Notes: generated by a model from the sequence alone, not told the origin. A DNA stretch of 64,000 bases from Trichormus sp. ATA11-4-KO1 (GCA_019358915.1 JAHHIM010000016.1:1-64000); one strand, 5' to 3'; positions 11,360 through 23,905 are shown, numbered from the stretch's first letter. Made by a program: numbers and translations.

Positions 11360-12445
11360 ATGACAACAGTATGCAATAATAAGCCGATCGCACACCCTAG
11401 TCAGTTATCAATCGTGCAAGATACCGACTCTATCAACGACATTGCGGCTGCTTTGCAACAGCCAGCAGACCTGAGCTTTGAACTACCAGATCCAGAAGAT
11501 GAACAAATTCTAGAGTCAGATTTTCAACAACAGCTGGATGTAGCTTGGCAGGTATGCGATCGCTTTGACCTGCAAACTGAAATTTGGCGGGGGCGAATTT
11601 TAAGGGCTATCCGCGATCGGGAGAAAAAAGGCGGCGATGGCCGGGGAACTGGATTTCTCAGATGGTTAAAGGAACGAGAAATCAGCAAAAGTCAAGCCTA
11701 CGCCTGGATTCAATTAGCTAATAGTGCTGATACCCTCCTAGAAGAAGGCAAACTTGATCCAGGATCTGTGAACAACTTTAGTAAACGAGCATTTGTGGAA
11801 ACCTCCAAAGCCGTTCCCGAAGTGCAACAGATGGTGAGTGAATCCGCCCAAAAAGGCGATCGCATCACCAGGCGAGAAGTCCGCCAACTCACCGATGAAT
11901 GGACAGCTATGTCCTCGGAGTTGTTACCAGAACCAGTGAAGATAAAAGCCGCCGAAAACTCCCTTCCGCCGCGCTACATTGCCCCTCTGGTAAAGGAAAT
12001 GGAAAAACTGCCAGAATCCCACCAGAAATTCATTCAAAAAGAAATTGCGGCTAATCCCGATGTTGATACCTTAAAACAAGTCACCACAGAAGCGCGTCAC
12101 CTAGCAAAATATCTCAAATCTGCCGCCCAAGTCCAAGCACTGACTCAGGACGATATAGATATTGAAACAGCCTTAGAAGAAGCGCAAAGAATCGGCTGTT
12201 TGAGTATAGCCGCCGACTTAGTAAATCAAGCATCGCAGATAGAACAAACGATCGCCAAGTTGTACATGATTTGGAAACGCATTGGTAACTTAGCAGATCG
12301 GCTATATGTAGATACTGGTGCAAGTACACCCCACCTGCGATCGCTCCTTACTTGCATCGAACCCCTTGGTGGTGAAGTCATGGAACTGCAACTTAGTGGA
12401 GGTACGGAACACACAATCCGGTTGCAAATTCAAGAAATGAATTAA
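11360..12445 (+). CDS. Conserved cyanobacterial hypothetical protein (helical, possible HTH segment)
   Basis: 361-aa ORF rich in HIP1 sites; CDRFDLQTEIWRGRILRAIRDREK block. Confidence 0.8.
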   Translation: MTTVCNNKPIAHPSQLSIVQDTDSINDIAAALQQPADLSFELPDPEDEQILESDFQQQLDVAWQVCDRFDLQTEIWRGRILRAIRDREKKGGDGRGTGFLRWLKEREISKSQAYAWIQLANSADTLLEEGKLDPGSVNNFSKRAFVETSKAVPEVQQMVSESAQKGDRITRREVRQLTDEWTAMSSELLPEPVKIKAAENSLPPRYIAPLVKEMEKLPESHQKFIQKEIAANPDVDTLKQVTTEARHLAKYLKSAAQVQALTQDDIDIETALEEAQRIGCLSIAADLVNQASQIEQTIAKLYMIWKRIGNLADRLYVDTGASTPHLRSLLTCIEPLGGEVMELQLSGGTEHTIRLQIQEMN

Positions 12446-12500
12446 TGAATTTCTTGGCGGGACATTAGAAAAATCACATTTATCCCGCCACTTAAACCAT

Positions 12501-12527
12501 AAAAAAGGATAGGCAAAACGCCTATCC
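12501..12527 (-). terminator. Intrinsic terminator of ahcY
   Basis: Minus strand GGATAGGC-GTTTT-GCCTATCC-TTTTTT, about 20 nt after the stop. Confidence 0.75.
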
Positions 12528-12548
12528 CAAAAATTAACTAATCAATTA

Positions 12549-13928
<1,380 letters not shown>

Positions 13929-14298
13929 TCATGAACTGCGTACATCTGAATGAAAAAGGGACTAAAAACTAGTATTTTTACTCAGGAAGCATTTTTCAAG
14001 TCAGCTAGTCAATTGTACTCTGGACTAGCTTGACGTTGGACAGCCTTAATGTCAACTTCATGCCTCAATTTTTTCTTTTAGCTTTATTTTTGGTAAGAGT
14101 ATTATTGAAGGCATTTATTTTATTACCCAGGGTTGATTAAGTGATTTGTCATCCATCTAAAGACAGAAAGTATTTAAAACTTTTAGTTTTACCCTAGGGA
14201 ATAAAACTTAACTTTAGAAAGGTACAATTACTCAAGTCAATCATGGAGGATGGCTCTGGAAATAGCCGATGGTAAATTTTGTGCAAGGAGGTATTTGA

Positions 14299-16110
14299 GT
14301 GCGCTTTCAATTTTTGGCGATCGCCAAGCGAGTCCTGTGGTCTAATTTTGCTTCTCTGGAGCAGAAACAGGCTTTTTGGGACGAAAAGTACCTCAGTAAC
14401 ATCAAGAGTATCACCAAGCCAGCCCCAAGCTTCAAGGTATTCGATGCAGCCTCCGATTCACCTACGAGACGGGTATTACCCAAAAGGAATTTGGGGAGAA
14501 ATGTGATAGTAGCGATCGCGGGTTCAATGGCCATAGCTGTAATCTTGGTACCCAAAGCTACAGCCCAGATTCCGTTACCTTTACTACAATCTCCCAATAA
14601 TGAAAGTAGCCATGCAGATACCGGAACTGTTTCTGGATGGATTTATTTAGACGGTTACCAACTATTTCAGATCGCAGCAACAAGAAGCAATTTTCCCGAA
14701 CGTTCACGAAATATCCAACAAAATTTAAATCAAATCCGCCAAAATTACTTGCGTCGTTCATCTACAGAAGAAATTCAGGTAGAAATCCAAAAATTAAATG
14801 GATTACCAGTCATTTATGTGAACGGCCAATACCTGATGACCATTACATCTGAAGATGCCAGATTGCGGAATGAAGATCCATTTATATCGGCAAATCAAAT
14901 CAAGGAAAAGTTAGAAGACTCCTTGCAAATAGCCAGAGAGGAGCGACAAACTCAATTTTTAATCAACCAAGGTCAAATTGCTGTTGGTATTGGGCTAGCA
15001 ATGATGATCGCCAGTTGGGGAGTATATTACTGGCAGCGTCATTTAAAACATCATTCAACACGCCCGATTCTGCCGATTTCACAAGACGCTCAACACCTGA
15101 CAACTCAATTAAATCAACAGCAAGATCGACATCTTGAAGAAGTCAAGAAAAGACTGTTTCAATTAACTCAAGCAGGGATTTGGGGAAGCGGAACTTTCAT
15201 CATCTTGGGTCTATTTCCTTATACACGCCCTTTTCAAGTAGGGATTCTCACAGCTGCCCAAATTCCTTTAAAATTGGGTGTCGTGGTACTGGGAATTTAC
15301 GTAGCAATCCGTTTCACCTATGCCTTAATTGACCGCTTCACCTCTACTTTAATCAGCAGTGGTGCTTTGTTAAACTCAGACACTTCTGAGAGAATGCAAC
15401 TGCGAGTCTCCACATTTTCTGGTGTAACTAAAAGTATCATTACTGTGATCTGGTTGGGAATTGGTATCTTACTAGCCTTAGTCTCATTGGGTATAGATAT
15501 TGTCCCCTTGCTAGCAGGTGCTGGTTTAATTGGTGTGGCGTTGTCCCTGGCTTCGCAAAGCTTAATTAAAGATGCAATTAATGGCTTCCTCGTCATTATA
15601 GAAGACCAGTACGCCTTAGGTGATGTCATTGTTGTGGGAGATGTAGGAGGCTTAGTAGAAAATCTCAATCTACGGATGACTCAGCTGCGGGATGCCGAAG
15701 GACGCTTGATCACGATTCCTAACAGTGAAATTAAAGTTGTGGCCAATCTTTCTAGCCGTTGGGCACGAGCCGATTTAACCATCCCGGTTGCCTACGAAAA
15801 TAACATCGATGAAGCTTTGCAGTTGATTAAAAAGGTGGCTGCACAGATGAATCAAGACCAGCAGTGGAAACGGCTAATTGTCGCACCGCCTGAAGTTCTA
15901 GGAATAGATAATTTTGGCGATCGCGGTTTGATGATTCGTGTCTGGATTAAAACACAGCCACTTAAACAATGGGATGTGGGACGCGAATTTCGCCGTCGCT
16001 TAAAAATTGCCTTCGATCAAGCCGGATTTTCTATTCCTGTTCCGCAACAAGGCATTTGGGTGAATGATGGTCAATTACTGAACTCTCAAATTAATGGCAA
16101 AACTGACTAG
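14299..16110 (+). CDS. MscS-family mechanosensitive channel with an N-terminal extension
   Basis: SQSLIKDAINGF..EDQYALGD...GLVENLNLRMTQLRD..GRLITIPN; GTG start preceded by AGGAGG. Confidence 0.9.
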   Translation: MRFQFLAIAKRVLWSNFASLEQKQAFWDEKYLSNIKSITKPAPSFKVFDAASDSPTRRVLPKRNLGRNVIVAIAGSMAIAVILVPKATAQIPLPLLQSPNNESSHADTGTVSGWIYLDGYQLFQIAATRSNFPERSRNIQQNLNQIRQNYLRRSSTEEIQVEIQKLNGLPVIYVNGQYLMTITSEDARLRNEDPFISANQIKEKLEDSLQIAREERQTQFLINQGQIAVGIGLAMMIASWGVYYWQRHLKHHSTRPILPISQDAQHLTTQLNQQQDRHLEEVKKRLFQLTQAGIWGSGTFIILGLFPYTRPFQVGILTAAQIPLKLGVVVLGIYVAIRFTYALIDRFTSTLISSGALLNSDTSERMQLRVSTFSGVTKSIITVIWLGIGILLALVSLGIDIVPLLAGAGLIGVALSLASQSLIKDAINGFLVIIEDQYALGDVIVVGDVGGLVENLNLRMTQLRDAEGRLITIPNSEIKVVANLSSRWARADLTIPVAYENNIDEALQLIKKVAAQMNQDQQWKRLIVAPPEVLGIDNFGDRGLMIRVWIKTQPLKQWDVGREFRRRLKIAFDQAGFSIPVPQQGIWVNDGQLLNSQINGKTD

Positions 16111-16114
16111 TCAT

Positions 16115-16196
16115 TAGACATCTCCAGAAATGAAATGTGCGTTTTTCAGAACCCTTGTAGAGATGCATGCAACGTCTCTACATTCTTTTTCGGAGT
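16115..16196. repeat. Degenerate MITE/REP-like element
   Basis: tagacatctccagaaa left end, internal hairpin gtagaga..tctctac, truncated right end ttttcggag. Confidence 0.5.
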
Positions 16197-16381
16197 TTTA
16201 CGGTTTCCTTGCAGGAGAGGTTCGTCACACTCACGTTTTTTTTATGAAGCGATCGCCCAAACCAATAAATTCTTCCTCAAGGACACTACATAAACATCCT
16301 GAGGAAGATGTAGCCGATCAACAAATCAGTATCAAATATAGCAGGAGGGAAGCAACTTCCTACTATAAGGAGACTGATTGG

Positions 16382-17416
16382 ATGAAGTTACAGGCGATTT
16401 GGACGCTATTCCAAGAGACATTTAAAGAATGGAGCGAGGATAAAGCCTCACGTTTAGCAGCAGCATTAGCTTATTACACGATTTTTTCTATTGCACCATT
16501 GCTAATTATTGTAATTGCGATCGCGGGAGCAGCATTTGGAGAAGAAGCAGCACGAGGTGAAATTGTCCGCCAAATTCAAGGTTTAGTTGGCAGAGATGGG
16601 GCACAATTTATCGAAATAGCGATCAAGAATGCTAGCAGGCCACAAGCAGGCACTATCGCTTCAATTATTAGCATTATCGTCCTACTAATAGGTGCTACTG
16701 GTGTATTTGCCGAGTTACAAGATTCCCTCAACACAATTTGGGGTGTAAAACCCAAACCGGGACGCGGCATGATTAAAATTATTCGCCAACGCTTTCTCTC
16801 GTTCGCGATGATTTTAGGAATTGGTTTTCTACTTTTAGTGTCTTTGGTAATGAGTGCAGTTTTGTCAGCACTGATAACTTATTTTAGTAACGCCTTACCA
16901 GGTATCGATTTCATTTGGCAAATACTCAATTTTCTCCTTTCTTTTGCCATCATTACTGTAGTGTTTGGGCTAATTTTTAAAGTTTTACCAGATGTCAAAA
17001 TTACTTGGAGCGATGTTTTAATTGGAGCAATTCTTACCTCGCTTTTGTTCTCCATTGGTAAGTTTTTATTAGGACAGTATCTCGGTAACAGTACTTTTGG
17101 TTCAGCCTATGGCGCGGCTGGTTCACTAGTGATTATCATCGCTTGGGTGTACTATGCTGCCCAGATTCTCTTTTTCGGTGCTGAGTTTACCCAGGTTTAC
17201 GCTAGAAGATATGGCACTAACATCACACCAACTAAAAATGCCATACCAATCAATAATCATGCTCCTGTTGAACAGGATATAACAAGCCATAATACTGCTC
17301 AATCAAGGCAAAAGGCTCAGCGCAAAAAGCCATCTTCTCGCTTAATTAATCGCATAATGCGCTATTTTCAGCATCCCAAACGCTTAAAACGTAGAAGAAA
17401 AAATCGGCGCTTTTAA
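16382..17416 (+). CDS. YihY/BrkB family membrane protein
   Basis: AAALAYYTIFSIAPLL, SAYGAAGSLV..WVYYAAQILFFGAE; AGGAG RBS before ATG 16382. Confidence 0.92.
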   Translation: MKLQAIWTLFQETFKEWSEDKASRLAAALAYYTIFSIAPLLIIVIAIAGAAFGEEAARGEIVRQIQGLVGRDGAQFIEIAIKNASRPQAGTIASIISIIVLLIGATGVFAELQDSLNTIWGVKPKPGRGMIKIIRQRFLSFAMILGIGFLLLVSLVMSAVLSALITYFSNALPGIDFIWQILNFLLSFAIITVVFGLIFKVLPDVKITWSDVLIGAILTSLLFSIGKFLLGQYLGNSTFGSAYGAAGSLVIIIAWVYYAAQILFFGAEFTQVYARRYGTNITPTKNAIPINNHAPVEQDITSHNTAQSRQKAQRKKPSSRLINRIMRYFQHPKRLKRRRKNRRF

Positions 17417-17597
17417 TTACAGAAAATTGAAGAAAAGTTGATGAGTAAGTTACGTCAGGAAAGTATACATGGAGGCTGACGGTAGCATTAGGTTCATCGC
17501 GTCTGCATCACAAACTAGTTTAAGAACTCAGCAAAAAGCGGACTGCTATATGCCCTAATTAAATGTAGAATATGACAGTTGTATTCTGCCGCGAACG

Positions 17598-18893
17598 TTG
17601 ATTGAGCGTTATACTTTGCCCGAAATGGGCAACCTGTGGACTGAATCTTACAAATTAAAAACCTGGCTCCAGGTAGAGATTGCAGTTTGTGAAGCCCAAG
17701 CTGAACTGGGTTATATTCCATCTCAGGCAGTTGAGGAAATTAAAGCTAAGGCTAATTTTGACCCAAAGCGGGTGCTGGAAATTGAGGCTGAAGTCCGTCA
17801 TGATGTCATCGCCTTTTTGACTAATGTTAATGAATATGTAGGTGATGCTGGACGCTATATTCACCTAGGTTTGACTAGTTCAGATGTACTAGATACGGCT
17901 TTAGGGCTGCAATTGGTTGCCAGTTTGGATGTATTGTCGCAACGCCTGGAAGATTTGATTCAGGCAATTCGCCAAAAAGCACGGGAACACCGTTACACGG
18001 TGATGATTGGCCGATCGCATGGGATTCATGCAGAACCGATCACCTTTGGTTTCAAGTTAGCTGGGTGGTTAGCTGAAGTGTTGCGCCATCAAGAACGGCT
18101 AAAAATTCTCCACGAAACCATTGCCGTAGGTAAAATTTCTGGTGCCGTGGGAACCTATGCCAACATTGAACCACGAGTAGAAGCGATCGCTTGTCAAAAA
18201 CTCGGACTCAAGCCGGATACAGCCTCGACGCAAGTGATTTCCCGCGATCGCCACGCCGACTATGTGCAACAATTAGCCTTAGTCGCAGCATCCATTGAAC
18301 GCTTTGCCGTGGAAATCCGCAACTTACAAAAAACAGACGTTCTCGAAGTTGAAGAATTCTTTGCTAAAGGTCAAAAAGGCTCTTCAGCAATGCCACACAA
18401 GCGCAATCCCATCCGTTCCGAACGACTAACGGGAATGGCGCGACTCGTGAGAAGCCATGCTGGTGCAGCTTTAGAAAACGTGGCTTTGTGGCATGAGCGG
18501 GATATTTCCCACAGTTCTGTAGAACGGGTAATTTTGCCAGATGCTTGCATTTTGACCCATTTCATGCTAAAAGAAATCACCGAACTGGTGAAAAATCTCC
18601 TGGTTTACCCTGAGAACATGGAACGGAATCTCAACTGCTATGGTGGTGTAGTCTTTAGTCAAAAAGTGCTACTTGCTTTGGTAGACAAGGGACTCAACCG
18701 CGAAGAAGCTTATGCGATCGTCCAAGAAAGCGCTCATGCTGCTTGGAATCAGCCAGAAGGAAACTTTTACAACTTGATTAGTCAAGACCCGCGTGTTACG
18801 CAAAAGTTATCACCAGCAGACATTGAAACATGTTTTGATCCACAGCAACATCTCCGGCATTTAGATCAGGTTTACCAACGCCTGGGTATTTAG
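17598..18893 (+). CDS. purB: Adenylosuccinate lyase
   Basis: IERYTLPEM, GRSHGIHAEP, GSSAMPHKRNP. Confidence 0.98.
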   Translation: MIERYTLPEMGNLWTESYKLKTWLQVEIAVCEAQAELGYIPSQAVEEIKAKANFDPKRVLEIEAEVRHDVIAFLTNVNEYVGDAGRYIHLGLTSSDVLDTALGLQLVASLDVLSQRLEDLIQAIRQKAREHRYTVMIGRSHGIHAEPITFGFKLAGWLAEVLRHQERLKILHETIAVGKISGAVGTYANIEPRVEAIACQKLGLKPDTASTQVISRDRHADYVQQLALVAASIERFAVEIRNLQKTDVLEVEEFFAKGQKGSSAMPHKRNPIRSERLTGMARLVRSHAGAALENVALWHERDISHSSVERVILPDACILTHFMLKEITELVKNLLVYPENMERNLNCYGGVVFSQKVLLALVDKGLNREEAYAIVQESAHAAWNQPEGNFYNLISQDPRVTQKLSPADIETCFDPQQHLRHLDQVYQRLGI

Positions 18894-19042
18894 CCTTTAT
18901 TGAATTTCATAGCCAAGTATGAAAGAGGAACTGAGGACTGGGATTTTTACTCAGCACTTTGCCATATTGCTGGAATTTTTACAGGTAGTGGGTAGTATAA
19001 ATAACAAATATTTAGTTATTGATTATTGCTTTCATTGCCTGA

Positions 19043-19585
19043 ATGATTGAAATTCTAGCTACACTTTCTGCTTCTGCGGCAGCAGGAATGAGAATAGGCA
19101 TACCTCTATTAATCATTGGCCTGTTGCAAGGCATTAACCTGTGGTCGCATGTGCCGCTTTTATCTCGTATTTCCCCACCAGTCTTATTAGGCTGCCTGAC
19201 TATTTGGTCATTAGTAGAACTATTGGCCTCAAAAAAGCTATGGGGGCAAAGATTATTACAAATTGTTCAGTTATTATTGTCTCCCCTCGTAGGGGGAATT
19301 ATGGGGTTAGCAGTAGCTTCAGCAACAGCAACTCCAAACTGGCTGATTGCCTTAATTGGGGGTTTATTAGCTTTGGTACTCCAGCTAGTTCAAGTTGGTT
19401 GGTTCTATCGTTTGCGTGGCTTGCCATTGTGGGCAGTATTTCTTCAAGACATCTTGTGCATTGCTCTAGTGCTGTTTGCTTTTGATGCTCCTTGGCAAGG
19501 AGGATTAATTGCTTTAATCCTTCTTTGGTTTGCAGTGCGAAGTGCTAAACAGTGGTATGGCTGGTATCGCCAAGCAAGAGATTAA
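19043..19585 (+). CDS. DUF4126-like membrane protein
   Basis: LSASAAAGMRIGIPLL N-terminus, multiple TM segments. Confidence 0.75.
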   Translation: MIEILATLSASAAAGMRIGIPLLIIGLLQGINLWSHVPLLSRISPPVLLGCLTIWSLVELLASKKLWGQRLLQIVQLLLSPLVGGIMGLAVASATATPNWLIALIGGLLALVLQLVQVGWFYRLRGLPLWAVFLQDILCIALVLFAFDAPWQGGLIALILLWFAVRSAKQWYGWYRQARD

Positions 19586-19683
19586 TCATCAACAAAAAAT
19601 TTGCCCCAGAAGCATTACACTTCCAAGGCAAATTAAGTTCTTGGCAACAGCACAAGACGGCGTTGCTTCGCCTTTGCTGTTGG

Positions 19684-21090
19684 TTAAAGTTGCTTCACTT
19701 CCGAAACCAACTTGGAAACCATATCCTTAGCGCTACCAAAAAGCATCGTCGTTTTCTCCTTGTAGAACAACTCATTATCTACACCGGCAAAACCCGTACT
19801 CATTCCCCGCTTAATGACAATTGTCTGTTTGGCTCGATCTACTTCCAAAATCGGCATTCCATAAATCGGACTATTGGTATCGCTACGCGCTGCTGGATTC
19901 ACCACATCATTTGCTCCAATTACTAAAGCCACATCTGCTGCTTCCAATTGGGGATTGATATCATCCATGTCATACAACTGGGTATAAGGTACATTTGCCT
20001 CCGCCAGCAATACATTCATGTGTCCTGGCATTCTTCCAGCTACAGGGTGAATAGCATACTTCACATCAACGCCCATGCGTTCTAGCTGATCTGCTAATTC
20101 CCTCACACTATGCTGTGCTTGGGCAACTGCCATCCCATAACCAGGCACAATTACTACGTTACGGGCATAACCCAACATCATCGCGCCTTCTTCAGGATCA
20201 ATGCTACGGACGGTTTGATCGCCTGTAGCACCTGTAGCACCGCCACCACTACCAGCAACTGCCCCACCAAATGCACCAAACAGCACGCTGAACAGAGAAC
20301 GGTTCATCGCCTTACACATAATTTCGGTGAGGATTAAACCCGATGCTCCCACCAGTGCGCCAGCAATAATCAACATATTGTTCATCACCACGAACCCGGC
20401 GGCGGCGGCGGCTACACCTGAGAGGGAGTTCAACAGCGAAATTACCACAGGCATATCACCCCCACCAATGGGGATGACGAACATTACACCTAACACTAAA
20501 GAAACTCCCACGACTCCCAAAAAGATGGGTAGACTATCGGGTGTGATGATTAAATAGGCACTACCTACTAAGTAAGTACTTAGAAGCAACAGGTTAAATG
20601 GTTGTTGCAAGGGAAATTTAATCGGGGAACCACTGATTAAACCTTGTAATTTGGCAAAGGCAATAAAACTACCTGTTAAAGTGACACCACCAATTAACAC
20701 ATCCAGCAGAATGGAAATGTTGACATCCAGAGGTATGGGTTGAGAAGTTGCCAATAACCGCCAGAATTCGGCAACAGCGATGAGGGCGGAAGCTGCACCA
20801 CCCAAGCCATTGAGTAAACCCACCATTTGGGGCATTTCCGTCATTTGGACTTTGTAAGCTGCGATCGCACCAATGGCTGAACCAATCGCCAAGCCTAACA
20901 AAATCATCTCATAGTTCAAAACTTGCTGATCCAGCAGTGTTGCCACAACTGCCAGCAGCATTCCCACGGCGGCTATCAAATTACCATTCCGCGCGGTGGC
21001 TGGGGAACCCAGTTTTTTCAATCCCAGAATGAATAAGGATGCAGCGACTAAGTACGTCAGCTGAATCCCAGTTGGTAGAAAATCGCTCAC
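19684..21090 (-). CDS. pntB: NAD(P) transhydrogenase beta subunit
   Basis: IGGGDMPVVISLLNSLSG, PGYGMAVAQAQH, HPVAGRMPGHMNVLLAEA. Confidence 0.98.
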   Translation of the reverse strand: MSDFLPTGIQLTYLVAASLFILGLKKLGSPATARNGNLIAAVGMLLAVVATLLDQQVLNYEMILLGLAIGSAIGAIAAYKVQMTEMPQMVGLLNGLGGAASALIAVAEFWRLLATSQPIPLDVNISILLDVLIGGVTLTGSFIAFAKLQGLISGSPIKFPLQQPFNLLLLSTYLVGSAYLIITPDSLPIFLGVVGVSLVLGVMFVIPIGGGDMPVVISLLNSLSGVAAAAAGFVVMNNMLIIAGALVGASGLILTEIMCKAMNRSLFSVLFGAFGGAVAGSGGGATGATGDQTVRSIDPEEGAMMLGYARNVVIVPGYGMAVAQAQHSVRELADQLERMGVDVKYAIHPVAGRMPGHMNVLLAEANVPYTQLYDMDDINPQLEAADVALVIGANDVVNPAARSDTNSPIYGMPILEVDRAKQTIVIKRGMSTGFAGVDNELFYKEKTTMLFGSAKDMVSKLVSEVKQL

Positions 21091-21380
21091 GCCTTAATCT
21101 CCTTTTTCTTGAACATTTGCAACATCCGATCTGTGACCAAAAAACCACCGACGACGTTAACTGTCGCCAATACTACAGCAATCAAACCGAGAGTCACTGA
21201 AACACTTGTTTCTTTAGCACCAGCAGCTACTATTGCCCCCAGTACCGCAATGCCAGAAATCGCGTTTGAGCCTGACATGAGTGGTGTGTGTAAGGTTGGT
21301 GGTATTTTATTGATGACTTCAAAGCCAATAAAAGATGCCAGAACAAAAACAAACAAAGCAGCAAGTAATGCCTCTGTCAT
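21087..21380 (-). CDS. pntA: NAD(P) transhydrogenase alpha subunit, membrane part (alpha-2)
   Basis: PTLHTPLMSGSNAISG, NVVGGFLVTDRMLQMFKK. Confidence 0.96.
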   Translation of the reverse strand: MTEALLAALFVFVLASFIGFEVINKIPPTLHTPLMSGSNAISGIAVLGAIVAAGAKETSVSVTLGLIAVVLATVNVVGGFLVTDRMLQMFKKKEIKA

Positions 21381-21451
21381 GAAATAAAAACTCCTTGTGT
21401 AAATGGGGCATGGGTCATAAATTTTTCCTCTGCCCCTCTGCTCTCTAGTCC

Positions 21452-22624
21452 CTAATTAACCGCCGATTGTTGATTACTCAAAGCTTGTAGTGCGTCCTGC
21501 ACTCGTTGATTACGAATTTCACCTGCATGAGTAATGCAAGCCGCATCAACGATGTCGTCGGTAAAGTCTACCTGTAAAGCTTTGTCTTTAATTAATAGTT
21601 GAATCAACGAAGTCACATTTTTGGCATACAACTGGCTGGCGTGGACTGGCATGGATGATGGCAGATTAATGGGGCCAATAATTGTCACGCCATTCCAAAC
21701 TATATCTTTACCGGGTTCTGTGCAGGCGCAGTTACCACCCTGTTCGGCAGCTAAATCCACAATCACTGAGCCTGGTTTCATTTGTGCCACCATTTCCTCG
21801 GTGACGAGCCGTGGTGCTTTTCTCCCTGGAACTTGGGCGGTAGTAATGACTACATCAGCATTTTTCACGTGTTCCGCAACAACTTCTTGGGTGCGTTGTT
21901 TGCTAGCTTCGGAAATTTCTTTGGCGTAACCCCCGGCGGCGGTGGTTTCTTCTTCGAGTTTGACTTCGACGAATTTCGCTCCCAAACTTTGCACTTCTTC
22001 TTTGACGGCAGGACGGATGTCAAAGGCTTCTACCACAGCACCCAAGCGTCTGGCGGTAGCGATCGCTTGCAATCCGGCCACACCTGCGCCCATGATAAAT
22101 ACTTTCGCTGGGGCAATTGTCCCTGCGGCTGTTGTCAGCATGGGGAAATATTTCGGTAATGCAGCTGCGGCAATTAACACTGCCTTGTAACCTGCTAGTG
22201 AAGCTTGCGAAGACAACGCATCCATGCTTTGCGCCCTGGTGGTACGGGGGATCATTTCCATACTCAAGGCTGTGACTTGACGATTTGCCAGTTGCTGAGC
22301 TACTACGGGATTTCCCAAAGGATTGAGGAAGCTGATTAAAACAGCCCCTTCCTTGAGTAATTCAATTTCTGAGCCGCCATCTTCCCGCTCTTGTGGTGGG
22401 CTGACTTTCAACAGGATATCTGCTTCACTCCATAATTTAGCAGTATCACTAATAATTGTGGCTCCTACTGCTTCATAAGCAGCATCACTAAAAAAAGATC
22501 GTTCTCCTGCACCTGTTTCTACCCATACTTCCAAACCTTGTTTGACCAATCGGGCAACAGTATCAGGATTTAATGCCACACGACGCTCACAAACTTCTAT
22601 TTCTTTAGCAACTGCAATTCTCAT
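21452..22624 (-). CDS. pntA: NAD(P) transhydrogenase alpha subunit, soluble part (alpha-1)
   Basis: PRTTRAQSMDALSSQ, GAGVAGLQA, DLAAEQGGNC. Confidence 0.97.
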   Translation of the reverse strand: MRIAVAKEIEVCERRVALNPDTVARLVKQGLEVWVETGAGERSFFSDAAYEAVGATIISDTAKLWSEADILLKVSPPQEREDGGSEIELLKEGAVLISFLNPLGNPVVAQQLANRQVTALSMEMIPRTTRAQSMDALSSQASLAGYKAVLIAAAALPKYFPMLTTAAGTIAPAKVFIMGAGVAGLQAIATARRLGAVVEAFDIRPAVKEEVQSLGAKFVEVKLEEETTAAGGYAKEISEASKQRTQEVVAEHVKNADVVITTAQVPGRKAPRLVTEEMVAQMKPGSVIVDLAAEQGGNCACTEPGKDIVWNGVTIIGPINLPSSMPVHASQLYAKNVTSLIQLLIKDKALQVDFTDDIVDAACITHAGEIRNQRVQDALQALSNQQSAVN

Positions 22625-23356
22625 GAAATCTCCTGGAGATAAATACTTCTATGTTCTGGCAAATATGCAATTTTCTCATGGGGATGTCCCGTACTCATCA
22701 TTGAGGGCAGTAACTGTCTGTGAAGGCTTTTCCTAGTAGATTGAACCTTGAACTTTTTCTTTACCACTCTTGGTTCTCCAGGTTACGCCTCACTTTGCCG
22801 CTTGCAGATGGCACACTTGCTGATAGTTACAAATAGGTTTACATATTGCAAATCCTAAGTTAATTCCCAAATTTACATCTTTGTCTTTAGCTTGTTTTAG
22901 GGATTGCAAAATTTTAGTATTCCTTGCTTACATATTTTTAAAGCTTGATAATTTCCCTGTTATTTTTTAATGATTGCTGCTTTTGATTCAAGCTCATTTT
23001 AATCAATTTATCCCAAGTTCATCGGCGATCGCTGACTGGCTAGCTCAATTTTTATAACAAAAATCTTAAATTAAGATACACTTATACATATTTAGAAACA
23101 CAATCAACTCTTAACTGTGTTTCTGTCTAGTTTAAATTAGACCAGGCTAGTGACAACAATGTCTATATTGCTCAAGCTAAATATTGTTAAATAAATAACA
23201 CCGTATTTTTCCTCAGACCTGACATTCCAGGGGACATGGCACTTGTTGTTTCCATTTAACGTCAATTGTCAGGAAGTCAGTAGTAAAGTTTATTTACGAA
23301 GACCAAATTTCGATAATTTAAATAACACTCATATTTCCAGGTGGAGGAGCTTAACT

Positions 23357-23905
23357 ATGCGAAGTTTACTTTTTCGAGGTTCTAAGGGCAAACTGCCTCT
23401 GAGACTTCTCTCTGCTTTAGCAGTGACTAGCTTTTTAGTGACTGGATTACCAGCTATCACCTGGGCCCAGGGTCAAGGATTAACGTTGTTTAGCGGTATC
23501 AAAAGCGAAAATCAGCTGCCCTTCCGGTTTGATTTTGGTGGACAAGCTAATAACTGGGATCGTTATAGATTGAGGATTCCCAGCGAAAAAATGAAATTAG
23601 CAGTTGCCCAGTTTGCTGTTACTTACCCAGATTATTACAAAGGAACTTTCGACCCCAACAAAATTGAAGTTAGGGTTCAAGGTAAAAAAGTACCTCTCCT
23701 TGAGGTGAAGTGGAACAAAGAAAGTCGCCTCATCGAAATCTTTCCGGAAGAGCCAGTGCCCGCCGGTAGACAGGTTGAGTTAGTCTTGTCTAATGTACGA
23801 AATCCGACTTTTGGGGGAATGTACCATTTCAACTGCCAAGTTCTTTCCCCTGGAGATGTGCCACTGCTGCGTTACGTGGGCACCTGGCTTTTGAGCATCT
23901 CTTAA
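23357..23905 (+). CDS. DUF2808 family exported protein
   Basis: Signal peptide; LSNVRNPTFGGMYHFNCQV...YVGTWLLSI; GGAGG RBS. Confidence 0.85.
   Translation: MRSLLFRGSKGKLPLRLLSALAVTSFLVTGLPAITWAQGQGLTLFSGIKSENQLPFRFDFGGQANNWDRYRLRIPSEKMKLAVAQFAVTYPDYYKGTFDPNKIEVRVQGKKVPLLEVKWNKESRLIEIFPEEPVPAGRQVELVLSNVRNPTFGGMYHFNCQVLSPGDVPLLRYVGTWLLSIS

Noticed and set aside
16130..16381. N-terminal extension of the YihY ORF
   Set aside because: It runs through a repeat remnant; a better start with an AGGAG RBS lies at 16382.
19530..22190. Overlapping shadow ORFs opposite the pnt genes (and similar ones over pit, folD, pbp, ssaD)
   Set aside because: Antisense frames of well-supported genes with no recognisable motifs.
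23742..23748. Perfect TCCGGA (DIF1 motif)
   Set aside because: Inside the DUF2808 coding sequence with no supporting promoter evidence.
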